24,251 bases of DNA from an uncultured delta proteobacterium (GTDB taxonomy: Bacteria; Desulfobacterota; Binatia; UBA9968). Each line of letters begins with the position of its first letter. Positions within the stretch are counted from its first letter, which is position 1. Location: assembly GCA_963840855.1 (NCBI GenBank), contig CAWJBB010000014.1:1-24251 (forward strand), read 5' to 3'. The notes beneath the pieces were generated by a model. That model did no database searches. It worked only from the letters and a program-made list of their open reading frames with translations, and was not told where the DNA came from. The position numbers and the translations under genes were made by a program. Shown in pieces: positions 1-8,842 of the stretch.

Positions 1-70
1 ATGTCCCGTGAAGGATTTATCTTCCTTATCACGAAGTGTGTGTCGCCTCTACATCAAAAGCTCGAGCGAT

Positions 71-131
71 GAAGTAGTGGAGTGTTGGGTTGCGGCCCCA
101 TCACTCCAACTCTTTATTATTCCAATAATCC
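71..131. repeat. Degenerate octamer-type palindromic tandem repeat (GGAGTRNT / ANYACTCC family)
   Basis: TGGAGTGTTGGG (78-89) pairs with CCCATCACTCCA (97-108) with one mismatch, followed by decayed units ACTCTTTA, TTATTCCA, ATAATCC. Confidence 0.55.
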
Positions 132-150
132 TCTTTTCTCCTCCGCCGTG

Positions 151-179
151 TTGACAGCCGGCGCATATTCCCCCAAACT
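151..179 (+). promoter_or_regulatory. Putative sigma-70 promoter of the MFS gene, possibly giving a leaderless mRNA
   Basis: TTGACA (151-156), 17 nt spacer, CAAACT (174-179). ATG at 187 follows closely with no Shine-Dalgarno sequence. Confidence 0.45.
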
Positions 180-186
180 TGCGTGG

Positions 187-1413
187 ATGAAAGTACTCAG
201 CATCGCGACAATTTTTGGCCTCGGTGCTCTCGCGCCTGAAAAACGCCGGGCGCTCAGCCTGGTTTACGCGACCAGCGTTGCGCTGGTCATGGGCGTGAAC
301 TTCATTCAGCCCGCCCTGCCCGCCATCATCGAGCCCTTCGGCATCAGCGATGCGGCGCTCGGCCTAGTCATGACGATGCTCACCCTGCCGGCCATATTCC
401 TCGCGCCAGTGTTCGGTGTGGTTGCCGATCTTTTCGGGCGGCGCCTGCTTTTGGCCTGGGGACTCATCGTATACGGTATCTTTGGCGCGGCGATGGCCTT
501 TGCGCCAACCTTCGCTTGGCTGCTGTTCTTTCGCTTCTTGCAAGGCATCGCGTATAGCGCGGTCATTCCCTTGACCATCGTCTTGATCAGCGATTTTCTC
601 CAGGGCGATAAGGAAATCGGCGGTCAGGGATTGAAGGTTTTTCTCGACCGCGTGGGCTACATGTTTTTGCCGCCCCTCGGCGGATTTCTCGCCACCATCG
701 CTTGGTTCTGGCCGTTTACATTTTATTTCCTGACTGTTCCCATCGGCGTCGCGGCATTTTTCTGGCTCCCGGAAACCAAAGGCAGCAATCATGAAGGGAC
801 CAAAGCGTACCTCGGCAACATCGTACGTCTCTTGCGTCATCCACGTCTGCTCATCGCTTTCTCGGCAGGCTTCCTACGCTTTTTTCTCGACTATGGTTTT
901 CTCACTTATTTTCCACTATTCGTCGTGCGCACCCATGGGGTCTCTACGGCTACTGCGGGTCTCCTCTACACCTTCTTTGCCGCCGGCGCGATGATTACGT
1001 CGAGTCAGGCGGGCCGGATCGCCGCCGGCAGGGACAAGACGCATTTGCTCTTCGGCGCGTTTCTCGTCAGCGGCTTAGCCGTGGTGGCCGTTCCCCTTAT
1101 CCCCGGCGTTTGGCTGGTCGGATCGGCGCTGTTTTTTTACGGCTTGGCCAACGGCATTATTTCGCCGATGCAAAAAAGCCTGCTGACGCAAAATGCGCCG
1201 GTGGAAATGCGCGGCGGAGTGGTGTCGCTGGACCGGCTGATTCAGCAAGCTTCTAAAACCTTCGCGACATCGATCGTCGGGTTGCTGCTGGTCGCCGCCA
1301 ATCTCGCGACCATCTTCTGGATTCTCGGCATATTGTCGCTCGCGAGCGTCGGCTTGATGGCGGCGCTTCTGCCGCGCGGTAAACCTGTCTCCGTGAGCCG
1401 AGCGGTGTCCTAA
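187..1413 (+). CDS. Major facilitator superfamily (MFS_1, DHA1-like) transporter
   Basis: About 12 hydrophobic segments; motif A GVVADLFGRR; RFLQG motif. Start moved to ATG 187 because ORF 82-186 runs through the repeat and promoter. Confidence 0.9.
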   Translation: MKVLSIATIFGLGALAPEKRRALSLVYATSVALVMGVNFIQPALPAIIEPFGISDAALGLVMTMLTLPAIFLAPVFGVVADLFGRRLLLAWGLIVYGIFGAAMAFAPTFAWLLFFRFLQGIAYSAVIPLTIVLISDFLQGDKEIGGQGLKVFLDRVGYMFLPPLGGFLATIAWFWPFTFYFLTVPIGVAAFFWLPETKGSNHEGTKAYLGNIVRLLRHPRLLIAFSAGFLRFFLDYGFLTYFPLFVVRTHGVSTATAGLLYTFFAAGAMITSSQAGRIAAGRDKTHLLFGAFLVSGLAVVAVPLIPGVWLVGSALFFYGLANGIISPMQKSLLTQNAPVEMRGGVVSLDRLIQQASKTFATSIVGLLLVAANLATIFWILGILSLASVGLMAALLPRGKPVSVSRAVS

Positions 1414-1555
1414 AGCGAAACCGCTTGACGGCTTTGGCCGGAAATTCGCGATTCGTGTTCGTTTTCTGCCGCCGACGAAAACGGAGTCTGCAAAGGGGCG
1501 ATGGCCGCAACGGCCGGCGCGCTCGAAACTTTTATCGAGCCACGAATCATCCGCG

Positions 1556-2503
1556 TTAGAAACCCTTGAATTCTGTTTCTTCCCGGCTCTCGATTTCCAG
1601 TTGGATCGTGGTGTGCTCGATGTTAAAGCGCTGCTTTAGCGTGTCTTCGATGCCGTTGAGTACGTTATGGAGATCGCCGCCGTTTTCGACCACGGCATGG
1701 GCGCTCAGCGTGTATATCCCCGAGGTCACCGCCCAGAGATGCAGGTCATGAACCTTGGCCACGCCGTCGACGCTTTCGATGGTCCGTTGCACCTCCTCCA
1801 GGCGTATCCCTTTGGGCACCGACTGCATGAGAATACTCAACGACTCTTTGACCAGATTCCACGACGAGAACAGCACCAAAACGCCGATTAATATACTGAT
1901 CAGCGGATCCGCCAGATACCAACCCGTAGTCAGCATCACGACGCCCGCGGCAATGGCCCCCACCGAGCCCACTGCGTCGCTGACCACGTGAAGAAACGCG
2001 CCACGCAGATTGAGGTTATGGCGATGATGCCGATCGAACAGAATCACACCGGCGGCAATGTTGACCAGTAGACCCAGCACCGCGACCACGATCATGCCGG
2101 TGCTTTCAACTTCAGGCGGCGCCACGAGCCGGTTAAAAGCGGACGCCAAAATAATCCCGACGATCAGCCAGAGCGCCAAGCCATTGAACAGCGCCGCCAG
2201 AATCTCCACACGATGGTAACCATAGGTGCTCTCCACGGTCGCCGGCCGCTTGGCGAAGTGAAAAGCGAACAAGCTGAGGACCAGGGCACCGATATCCGAA
2301 AGCATGTGCCCGGCGTCGGAAAGCAGCGCCAAACTATTAGTTATGAAGCCGGCGATCAGCTCGGCGAAAAAATAAACGGTGCTGATGGCTAGGGCCAATT
2401 TGAGTCGTTTGGTTTCGTTATGCCGTTCCACGAATGCGTCCGAATTCGCTTGAGAATACCCCGCTGGTGAGAATCCCTCAAGCAAGCCCACCGCCGCGAT
2501 CAT
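1556..2503 (-). CDS. czcD: Cation diffusion facilitator (Zn/Co/Cd efflux, CzcD/ZitB-like)
   Basis: SLALLSDAGHMLSD and FLHVVSD (HD/HD metal site), TYGYHRVEILAA, VHDLHLW, HTTIQLE. ATG at 2503 overlaps the mltA stop (ATGA). Confidence 0.9.
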   Translation of the reverse strand: MIAAVGLLEGFSPAGYSQANSDAFVERHNETKRLKLALAISTVYFFAELIAGFITNSLALLSDAGHMLSDIGALVLSLFAFHFAKRPATVESTYGYHRVEILAALFNGLALWLIVGIILASAFNRLVAPPEVESTGMIVVAVLGLLVNIAAGVILFDRHHRHNLNLRGAFLHVVSDAVGSVGAIAAGVVMLTTGWYLADPLISILIGVLVLFSSWNLVKESLSILMQSVPKGIRLEEVQRTIESVDGVAKVHDLHLWAVTSGIYTLSAHAVVENGGDLHNVLNGIEDTLKQRFNIEHTTIQLEIESREETEFKGF

Positions 2504-3699
2504 CGAGCAGCGGCCCCGGGCGGCGGATTTTTCAACGCCAAGAAATATAATTTTCCGGCGCTGTTCATATAGCCGGCTTCGGCCCCGGCTTGGGCGTCCG
2601 GACCGAAAAAGAGATCGACGCGCTGCGGGCCGCGTATCGCGCCGCCGGTATCTTGATTGAGCACGAAGCGCAGGAAAGGAGTCCAACCGAGCAGCTTGCC
2701 TTCGAGGTCGAGCACCGGCCGTTCGGAGTAAATGAACCCTAGCGCGCCTTTGGGGAAGAGCCGCAAATCGGTGGCGATCGACCGCCCGGCGGTAACGGGA
2801 ACTTCGAGCGCGCCCAGCGGACCTTTCGGGACAAATCGAAAGAAAACGTAGCTCTCGTTATACGCCATGATCTCGTCGCGCTCCGCTGGATGCTCCGCGA
2901 GATAACGGCGCAGCCGTTGCATCGACATTTCTTCCCGCGGAATCTTTCCGTCGTCGATGAGCAACCGGCCAATACTGCGATACGGCAAGCCATTTTGTCC
3001 GGCGTAGCCGACCTGTAACCGGCGCCCGTCCGGCAACTGTAAGATTCCCGATCCCTGGATCTGCAGAAAAAAAATATCCACCGGATCCTTGGTCCACGCG
3101 ATCTCGTAGCCACGCCCTCGCAGCGCTCCTTTATGATCGATTTCCGCGCGCGAATAGTAAGGCACGATCTTGTCCCCTTCCAGGCGCCCGATCCGCCTCC
3201 CGGTGAGTGACCCGGCAGCTTGCGGCGCTTCTTCGACGACGATTAAGTCGACGGGTTTGCCGTAAATCGGATATTTGTATTCCGGCGTCGGCGCCAGGCT
3301 GCCATCGATTACCGGTTGGTAGTACCCGGTAAAAAGAATCGATTGTAATTCGGATTCGCTCGATGACGGGAAAAAATCGAACCGCTTCTTGATTTCTTCG
3401 ATCCAACACTGCCGGCACTCCCAGTGCTCAAGCGACTCGTCAAAAGCCCGTAGTGTGGCCATAACTTCCGCGGCGGTGAATCGGCGCGGCTTGTCACCGA
3501 CGATACGGTCGGAGGGCAGTTTGGCGAGATAGACCATGCTTTGCGCGATCGCTGCACGCAACGATTCGCGATCGAGATCGTCGGCGATGACCGGCACCGC
3601 ACGCGGCGACGGCTGTCCATGCGCAATGGCGAAGTAAAGAAACACCGCCATACCGGCCATGCGGCCTATCCGTCCGTATGACTTGCGCCGCGCCTTCAC
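2500..3699 (-). CDS. mltA: Lytic murein transglycosylase A (MltA/3D domain)
   Basis: FTGYYQP, FFLQIQGSG, GYAGQNGLPYRSIG, NESYVFF, RSIATD, QDTGGAIRG, DLFFG motifs. Start is GTG 3699 or ATG 3660. Confidence 0.92.
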   Translation of the reverse strand: MKARRKSYGRIGRMAGMAVFLYFAIAHGQPSPRAVPVIADDLDRESLRAAIAQSMVYLAKLPSDRIVGDKPRRFTAAEVMATLRAFDESLEHWECRQCWIEEIKKRFDFFPSSSESELQSILFTGYYQPVIDGSLAPTPEYKYPIYGKPVDLIVVEEAPQAAGSLTGRRIGRLEGDKIVPYYSRAEIDHKGALRGRGYEIAWTKDPVDIFFLQIQGSGILQLPDGRRLQVGYAGQNGLPYRSIGRLLIDDGKIPREEMSMQRLRRYLAEHPAERDEIMAYNESYVFFRFVPKGPLGALEVPVTAGRSIATDLRLFPKGALGFIYSERPVLDLEGKLLGWTPFLRFVLNQDTGGAIRGPQRVDLFFGPDAQAGAEAGYMNSAGKLYFLALKNPPPGAAAR

Positions 3700-3719
3700 T
3701 TGATAGACACTGCCTACCG

Positions 3720-4088
3720 TTGACTCACCAAGAGATCAGAATAGAAGTCGCCCGGGTCTTGGACCGGCTGCCAAAACAGTTTCGCGACGGTTTGCGCAAT
3801 CTCGAAATTGTCGTCGAAAAACGCCCGAGCGCTGATTTATTGCGCGCCGAGGGGCTCGACCCCCGCCACGACACGCTCTACGGGCTCTATCAGGGCGTCC
3901 CTCTCCCCGACCGCTCCGCATTCGACCCGCCCATTTTACCAGATAAGATTACGATTTTCTCCGAGCCGTTGCTTGAAGATTTTCCCGACCCGGAAGAGCT
4001 GCGCGAGGAAATCCGCCTGACAGTGCTGCACGAGATTGCGCATTTCTTCGGCATGGATGAAGACGAGATCGAGGATCTGGGGTACTGA
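3720..4088 (+). CDS. Minimal zincin metallopeptidase family protein (DUF1025/MMP-like)
   Basis: LYGLYQGVPL, LPDKITIF, TVLHEIAHFFGMDEDEIEDLGY (HExxH). Start likely TTG 3720; the ORF extends to ATG 3678. Confidence 0.88.
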   Translation: MTHQEIRIEVARVLDRLPKQFRDGLRNLEIVVEKRPSADLLRAEGLDPRHDTLYGLYQGVPLPDRSAFDPPILPDKITIFSEPLLEDFPDPEELREEIRLTVLHEIAHFFGMDEDEIEDLGY

Positions 4089-4112
4089 GCTCTCCTTTTG
4101 ATCCTACTCGTA

Positions 4113-5219
4113 TCAATTCTCCCTGATCATGGGCGCAGCCGCGCCGCGCGCCAGCCGGCGCTCCAGAGCCTGGCTGTAGCTCGACATCGGGTAACAAAAC
4201 AGGAAGTAGACGAACGCCGCGAATAAATACGCCTCGACGCCAAACCCCGTCCAGGCGGGCTCGTTGAGCGACACTTTGATGGTCGTCAGCAAGTCGAAAA
4301 GTCCGATAATCACGACCAGAGAAGTATCCTTGAAAAAGCCAATAAAGGTGTTGACCATCGGCGGGATTGCGATGCGCAAGGCCTGCGGCAGGATGACGAA
4401 CCTATGTCGTTGCCAGTAGGTCAATCCGAGCGCCTGGGCCGCCTCGTCCTGGCCGCGGGGCAGCGCCTGCAAGCCGCCGCGCACCACTTCGGCGAGATAC
4501 GCCGCGACAAACAGGATCATGGCGATCTGCGCGCGCAGGAGCTTGTCGATAAAAACCCCGCCCGGCAGAAACAGCGGCAGCATCACCGATGCCATGAAAA
4601 GCACTGAAATGAGCGGTACGCCGCGAATGAGCTCGATATACGCCACCGACATCAAACGAATCAGCGGCAGGGCTGAGCGCCGGCCAACGGCGAGCAGGAT
4701 CGAGAGCGGAAAAGCAAAGGCGATGCCGAAGGTTGTGAGCAGTAGCGTCAGGATTAATCCGCCCCAGCGCTCATTCTCGACGTAGCTGAGACCAAACACT
4801 CCGCCCCACATGACTACGGCGATCACCGCGAGTCCGGCAAGCCAAACAATCACGAGGCGCGGCCGCCAGAGCGAGCGCAACGCGCTCACGCCATAGAGCG
4901 CGATCAGGATTGCCACAGCCAATGCCGGGCGCCAATGCTGATCGTAAGGGTAGGTGCCGAACAGGATGAAACGATGCTTTTCGGTGATAAAGGCCCAGCA
5001 AGCGCCCGCCCCTTGCGCTTCGCGGCAAAGCCTCCCGTCCGGAGCGGACCAAATCGCGTTGCCCAACGCCCAGTTTAGAAATGGCGGGAGCAACGTCCAC
5101 ATCAGGTACAAAATACATAGCGTCGCCACCGCGTTGGGCAGACTGGAAAAAAGGTTGGCGCGCAACCATTGCAGCGCCGGCGAAACAGGCAGCACCGTTG
5201 CCATGGGGTGGCGGCTCAC
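4113..5219 (-). CDS. aapM: General L-amino acid ABC transporter permease (AapM/BztC/YhdY)
   Basis: WLRANLFSS, GACWAFI, YIELIRGVPLI, EAA loop GQDEAAQALGL, FKDTSLV. Overlaps the upstream permease stop. Confidence 0.9.
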   Translation of the reverse strand: MSRHPMATVLPVSPALQWLRANLFSSLPNAVATLCILYLMWTLLPPFLNWALGNAIWSAPDGRLCREAQGAGACWAFITEKHRFILFGTYPYDQHWRPALAVAILIALYGVSALRSLWRPRLVIVWLAGLAVIAVVMWGGVFGLSYVENERWGGLILTLLLTTFGIAFAFPLSILLAVGRRSALPLIRLMSVAYIELIRGVPLISVLFMASVMLPLFLPGGVFIDKLLRAQIAMILFVAAYLAEVVRGGLQALPRGQDEAAQALGLTYWQRHRFVILPQALRIAIPPMVNTFIGFFKDTSLVVIIGLFDLLTTIKVSLNEPAWTGFGVEAYLFAAFVYFLFCYPMSSYSQALERRLARGAAAPMIREN

Positions 5220-6247
5220 GGGTTGCCGCCCTTGAGCGCGGTCAGCCGGTTGTACCGGTTCATGAAAGCGGAAAGCGCAAGGCTAATCGTCAAATAGACC
5301 AACATAATGATTGCGATGCCTTCGATGGCCTGGCCAGTCTGGTTTATTATCGTGTTGCAGATGGAAACCAGGTCCGGATAACCGATGGCGACGGCAAGGG
5401 AACTGTTCTTGGTGATGTTCAGATACTGGCTCGTCAACGGCGGCACAATGGCGCGCAGTGCCTGGGGTAAGATCACAAATCGCATTGCCTGCCACGGCCT
5501 CAGACCGAGAGATTGCGCCGCCTCGAACTGACCACGATCAACCGCCAAAATGCCGGCTCGGACGATTTCAGCGATGAACGACGCGGTGTAAATAACCAGG
5601 CCCAGGAGCAACGCGGCAAATTCCGGCGAGAACGCGCCGCCGCCGGAAAAATTGAATCCCGTCAATTCCGGATAGTCTAATTCAAAGTGTGACCGAGGGA
5701 TGGGAAAGACAATGCCCCGGTTGCTGATGAAAACACCCGGCAGCGGGCTCAAGGCATCGGCGGGAGCGGGAAAGTGTTCAGTGACGACGACGTACCAAAA
5801 GAAGAGCTGGACAAGCAACGGAACGTTGCGGATCAGCTCGACGTAGGCCGCCGCGAGTGTCCCAAGCAGCCAATTGCGCGAGAGTCGCGCCAGGCCGATC
5901 AGGGTCCCGAGCGAGGTCGCAAGCACGATCCCGATCACCGCGACGCGAAAGGTATTCGAAACGCCGACTGCGATCGCCCGCAGGTAACTGCTGCCCGCGT
6001 CGTAGGAAAGAAACGTAGTCTCGCTGATCTCGAAGCCGGCTTCGCGGAACAGGAACTGAAAACCGCTGGCGATGCCGCGCGCCGCGAGATTCTCCGCGGT
6101 ATTGACAACGACAAACCAGAACGCGAGCCCAAGCGCCGCCGCCAGCAACACCTGATAGACGATCGCCCGGGCCCGACTATCATAGCGCAACCAAATCATT
6201 CTCGATGATCGGCCGGCGCCCCCGGGCCGCGGAAACTCATGGGCCAT
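5216..6247 (-). CDS. aapQ: General L-amino acid ABC transporter permease (AapQ/BztB/YhdX)
   Basis: RGIASGFQFL, ARLSRNWLL, YVELIRNVPLLVQL, GQFEAAQSLGL, YLNITKNSSLAVAIGYPDL. Start ATG 6247 (alternatives 6256 or 6199). Confidence 0.9.
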   Translation of the reverse strand: MAHEFPRPGGAGRSSRMIWLRYDSRARAIVYQVLLAAALGLAFWFVVVNTAENLAARGIASGFQFLFREAGFEISETTFLSYDAGSSYLRAIAVGVSNTFRVAVIGIVLATSLGTLIGLARLSRNWLLGTLAAAYVELIRNVPLLVQLFFWYVVVTEHFPAPADALSPLPGVFISNRGIVFPIPRSHFELDYPELTGFNFSGGGAFSPEFAALLLGLVIYTASFIAEIVRAGILAVDRGQFEAAQSLGLRPWQAMRFVILPQALRAIVPPLTSQYLNITKNSSLAVAIGYPDLVSICNTIINQTGQAIEGIAIIMLVYLTISLALSAFMNRYNRLTALKGGNP

Positions 6248-6280
6248 CGAATTCAATCACGCCAAGCGGCGGGCCCGGGA

Positions 6281-7297
6281 TCAGCGAATCGGCGGAGCGT
6301 ACATCAGACCGCCTTTGTTCCAAAGCTGGTTGACGCCGCGCTCGAGACCGAGGGGCGTCAGGTTGCGCTGAAAACTCTCGCCGTAGTTGCCGACCTGTTT
6401 GATGATCTTGTAGGCCCAGCGGTTGTCCAGGCCGAGCATTTTGCCTGATTCACCCGCCGCGCCGACGAAGCGTTGAATCACCGGATTGTCGCTGTTCATC
6501 TTGCCATCGATATTCTTGGAGCTGAGCTCAAGCTCCTCGGCGTCAATCATCGCGAACAGCGACCACTTGACGATATCGAACCAGCGGTCATCGCCATGGC
6601 GCACCGCCGGACCGAGGGGTTCCTTGGAAATAACTTCCGGCAGGATAACATGGTCCTCGGCCTTGGGCGCGCGCGAAGAACGCGCTGCGATGAGTCCTGA
6701 TACGTCGGTGGTGTAGACATCGCAGCGCCCGGCGAAGTAAGCGTTCAGTACCTCCTCCAATTTTTCAATCACCACGGGCTTGAATTTCATCTTGTTGGCG
6801 CGAAAGTAATCGGCCAAGTTCAGCTCCGTGGTCGTGCCCGGCTGCACGCATACCGTGGCGCCGCTCAACTGTTTGGCGCTATTGACTTTGCGCTTTTTCG
6901 ACACCATGAAGCCCTGGCCGTCGTAATAATTCACGCCAACGAAGTTAAGACCCAGAGTGGTATCCCGGCTAATGGTCCAGGTCGTGTTGCGCGAAAGGAT
7001 ATCGACTTCACCCGATTGGAGCGCGGTAAAGCGTTGCTGCGCGGTTAGCGGGGTATAACGCACTTTGCTCGAGTCACCGAACACGGCGGCGGCCACCGCG
7101 CGGCATAAGTCCACGTCGATGCCGCGCCACTCCCCGTTACTATCCGGTTGCGCAAAGCCGGCGAGACCCGTGTTCACACCGCACTGAATGTAACCTTTGC
7201 CGCGGACGGCATCCAAGGTCGACTGCGCGGCCGCGTGAGCGCCGCCCAAAAGCGCCAGCGCGACCGCGCCGACCGTCCATATTCGTCTTTTTTTCAC
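6281..7297 (-). CDS. aapJ: General L-amino acid ABC transporter substrate-binding protein (AapJ/BztA/YhdW)
   Basis: Signal peptide ending AHA-A; TLDAVRGKG..CGV, RFTALQSGEVDILSRNTTWT, GTTTELNLADYF, ISKEPLGP, VGNYGESF, GLMYAPPIR. Confidence 0.94.
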   Translation of the reverse strand: MKKRRIWTVGAVALALLGGAHAAAQSTLDAVRGKGYIQCGVNTGLAGFAQPDSNGEWRGIDVDLCRAVAAAVFGDSSKVRYTPLTAQQRFTALQSGEVDILSRNTTWTISRDTTLGLNFVGVNYYDGQGFMVSKKRKVNSAKQLSGATVCVQPGTTTELNLADYFRANKMKFKPVVIEKLEEVLNAYFAGRCDVYTTDVSGLIAARSSRAPKAEDHVILPEVISKEPLGPAVRHGDDRWFDIVKWSLFAMIDAEELELSSKNIDGKMNSDNPVIQRFVGAAGESGKMLGLDNRWAYKIIKQVGNYGESFQRNLTPLGLERGVNQLWNKGGLMYAPPIR

Positions 7298-7411
7298 AAC
7301 TTTTTATCCTTCACGCCGGTCAGCGATGGGTAACATTAACTGTCGACTGCTCGATTCTCACTTCTTATTTCTGCCATCCAGCTTCTGAATTCGACCCTTC
7401 TTTCCATCGTC

Positions 7412-8503
7412 TCAATCCCTGATATTCTGCAAAAACCACTCCGTCGGCAGTTCCCGCCCTATTTTATTTTTCTTCGCCAGCTCGACAACTTTGCCCGCGC
7501 AAGCGGCAAATTGCAGCCCCTGGGTGCCGGCGTTGATAAAGAAAGTAACTTGCTTATCGCTGGCGCGACCGGATACTTTTCCGCTGCGGATATCCATGAA
7601 GTATTTGAAATAGTCGCCTCGATAATTATCCACCGTCGGATTGGGTATGCGGGCGCGCTCTTCCGGCTGGCCGGCGATATAGCCGGCGTTGCCGTGCAGA
7701 CGGACCATCCCTTCGTCCATAGCCTCGATCGTATTCCGGCCAAGCTTGACGGAGAGGTCGCAGTTTTTGACGACTTTGGGACCGATTTCGCAGGCGCGGA
7801 CACAGGTGATATGGGCGCCTTCCTTGAGCCACTGCGGCTCGTCGAAGACGGTGCGCGTCGAGTCGGTGCAGGTGGCGACGATATCGGCGTCGCGCACCAC
7901 CAGCTCGGGTTCATCCACCGCGACGACTTCAATGTCCAGTTTTCCCGTCATTTCCCTGGCGTAAGCCTCGCGGTTGGCTTTGGTCGGACTATAGACTTTC
8001 ACTTGTTTTAGCTTTCGGACTTCATAAAAAGCTTCGAGATAACTGCGCGCCATGCCGCCGGAGCCAAAGATCCCGACCACCGCCGCGTCTTGACGCGCCA
8101 GATACTTTGCACCCAGGCCGGCGCAGCCGCCCACGCGCATATGCTGCAACACGCCGTCGTTGATGATCGCCAGCGGCTCGCCGTTGCGAATGCTGAAAAC
8201 CATCACCAGGCCGCACCAGGTACCCGGCTGCATGCAATATTTTTCTTCCGTATCGCCGTTGGGCCAATGCACCACATCGGACTTCATGCGAATGGCGAAT
8301 ACGCCGATCTTGCGGCTCGCCCCTTCCATCGTGCCCCAGCGCCAGTAGCCGTCCGGCTGTTGCTCGCAGGGCATCCAGACGTCGAGTCTTGGACGGTAGA
8401 CGGCATCGCCTTTGAGCAGATCGTCGTAGCCAAGCTCCAGCGCTTCCAGACAGTCTTTCATGCCAAACAGCTTTTCCACTTCCTCGTTGTTAATCAGCAG
8501 CAT
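7412..8503 (-). CDS. Ornithine cyclodeaminase / mu-crystallin family protein (NAD-dependent imine reductase or cyclodeaminase)
   Basis: MLLINNEEVEKL start after a GGGAGG RBS; GEPLAII..G.LQHMRVGGCAGLGAKYLAR; Rossmann GIFGSGGMAR; VYSPT..NRE; ADIVATCT. Confidence 0.88.
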   Translation of the reverse strand: MLLINNEEVEKLFGMKDCLEALELGYDDLLKGDAVYRPRLDVWMPCEQQPDGYWRWGTMEGASRKIGVFAIRMKSDVVHWPNGDTEEKYCMQPGTWCGLVMVFSIRNGEPLAIINDGVLQHMRVGGCAGLGAKYLARQDAAVVGIFGSGGMARSYLEAFYEVRKLKQVKVYSPTKANREAYAREMTGKLDIEVVAVDEPELVVRDADIVATCTDSTRTVFDEPQWLKEGAHITCVRACEIGPKVVKNCDLSVKLGRNTIEAMDEGMVRLHGNAGYIAGQPEERARIPNPTVDNYRGDYFKYFMDIRSGKVSGRASDKQVTFFINAGTQGLQFAACAGKVVELAKKNKIGRELPTEWFLQNIRD

Positions 8504-8621
8504 GGTTCCCTCCCATCTTTCGCTTACAACAATGAACACCGATTTTGAAAGCCAACGGTCAAAAAATCTGGCGGAATCCGCAAAAATAGTGGACAATGAC
8601 GGAAACTTAATCGACGGCATG

Positions 8622-8794
8622 CTAGTGTCCTAGAATTGAAGTTCGTTTACAAAGTTAGGAGACCGCGTCAGACTCGACGCGTCGAGGCGGAATCCAGAAG
8701 CCTTTGAGTTTCCTGGATTCCGGGTCGCGCTAGCCATCGCCAGCTTCCCGGAATGACGTTGAATCATATTGCGAAATCCATTCCCGGATACTGG
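8622..8794. mobile_element. Non-autonomous MITE-like element with imperfect ~25 bp terminal inverted repeats enclosing a GGAATCC/GGATTCC...GGAATGAC REP-like palindrome
   Basis: Left end CTAGTGTCCTAGAATTGAAGTTCG resembles the reverse complement of the right end, CCAGTATCCGGGAATGGATTTCG. Inside: perfect palindrome CTCGACGCGTCGAG (8673-8686), CGGAATCCAG (8688-8697)/CTGGATTCCG (8713-8722), and GGAATGAC ending at 8757. Confidence 0.6.
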
Positions 8795-8842
8795 ACCGCA
8801 ACACGCCTATGATTCTTTTCCAGCAGCCCGATAGTGGAGGAA

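Noticed and set aside
1-72. Short ORF MSREGFIFLITKCVSPLHQKLER* at the window edge
   Set aside because: Too short and lacking upstream context; the coding frame cannot be determined.
2504-2686. N-terminal extension of the CDF ORF
   Set aside because: It overlaps the conserved 3' end of mltA; the ATGA coupling at 2500-2503 marks the true start.
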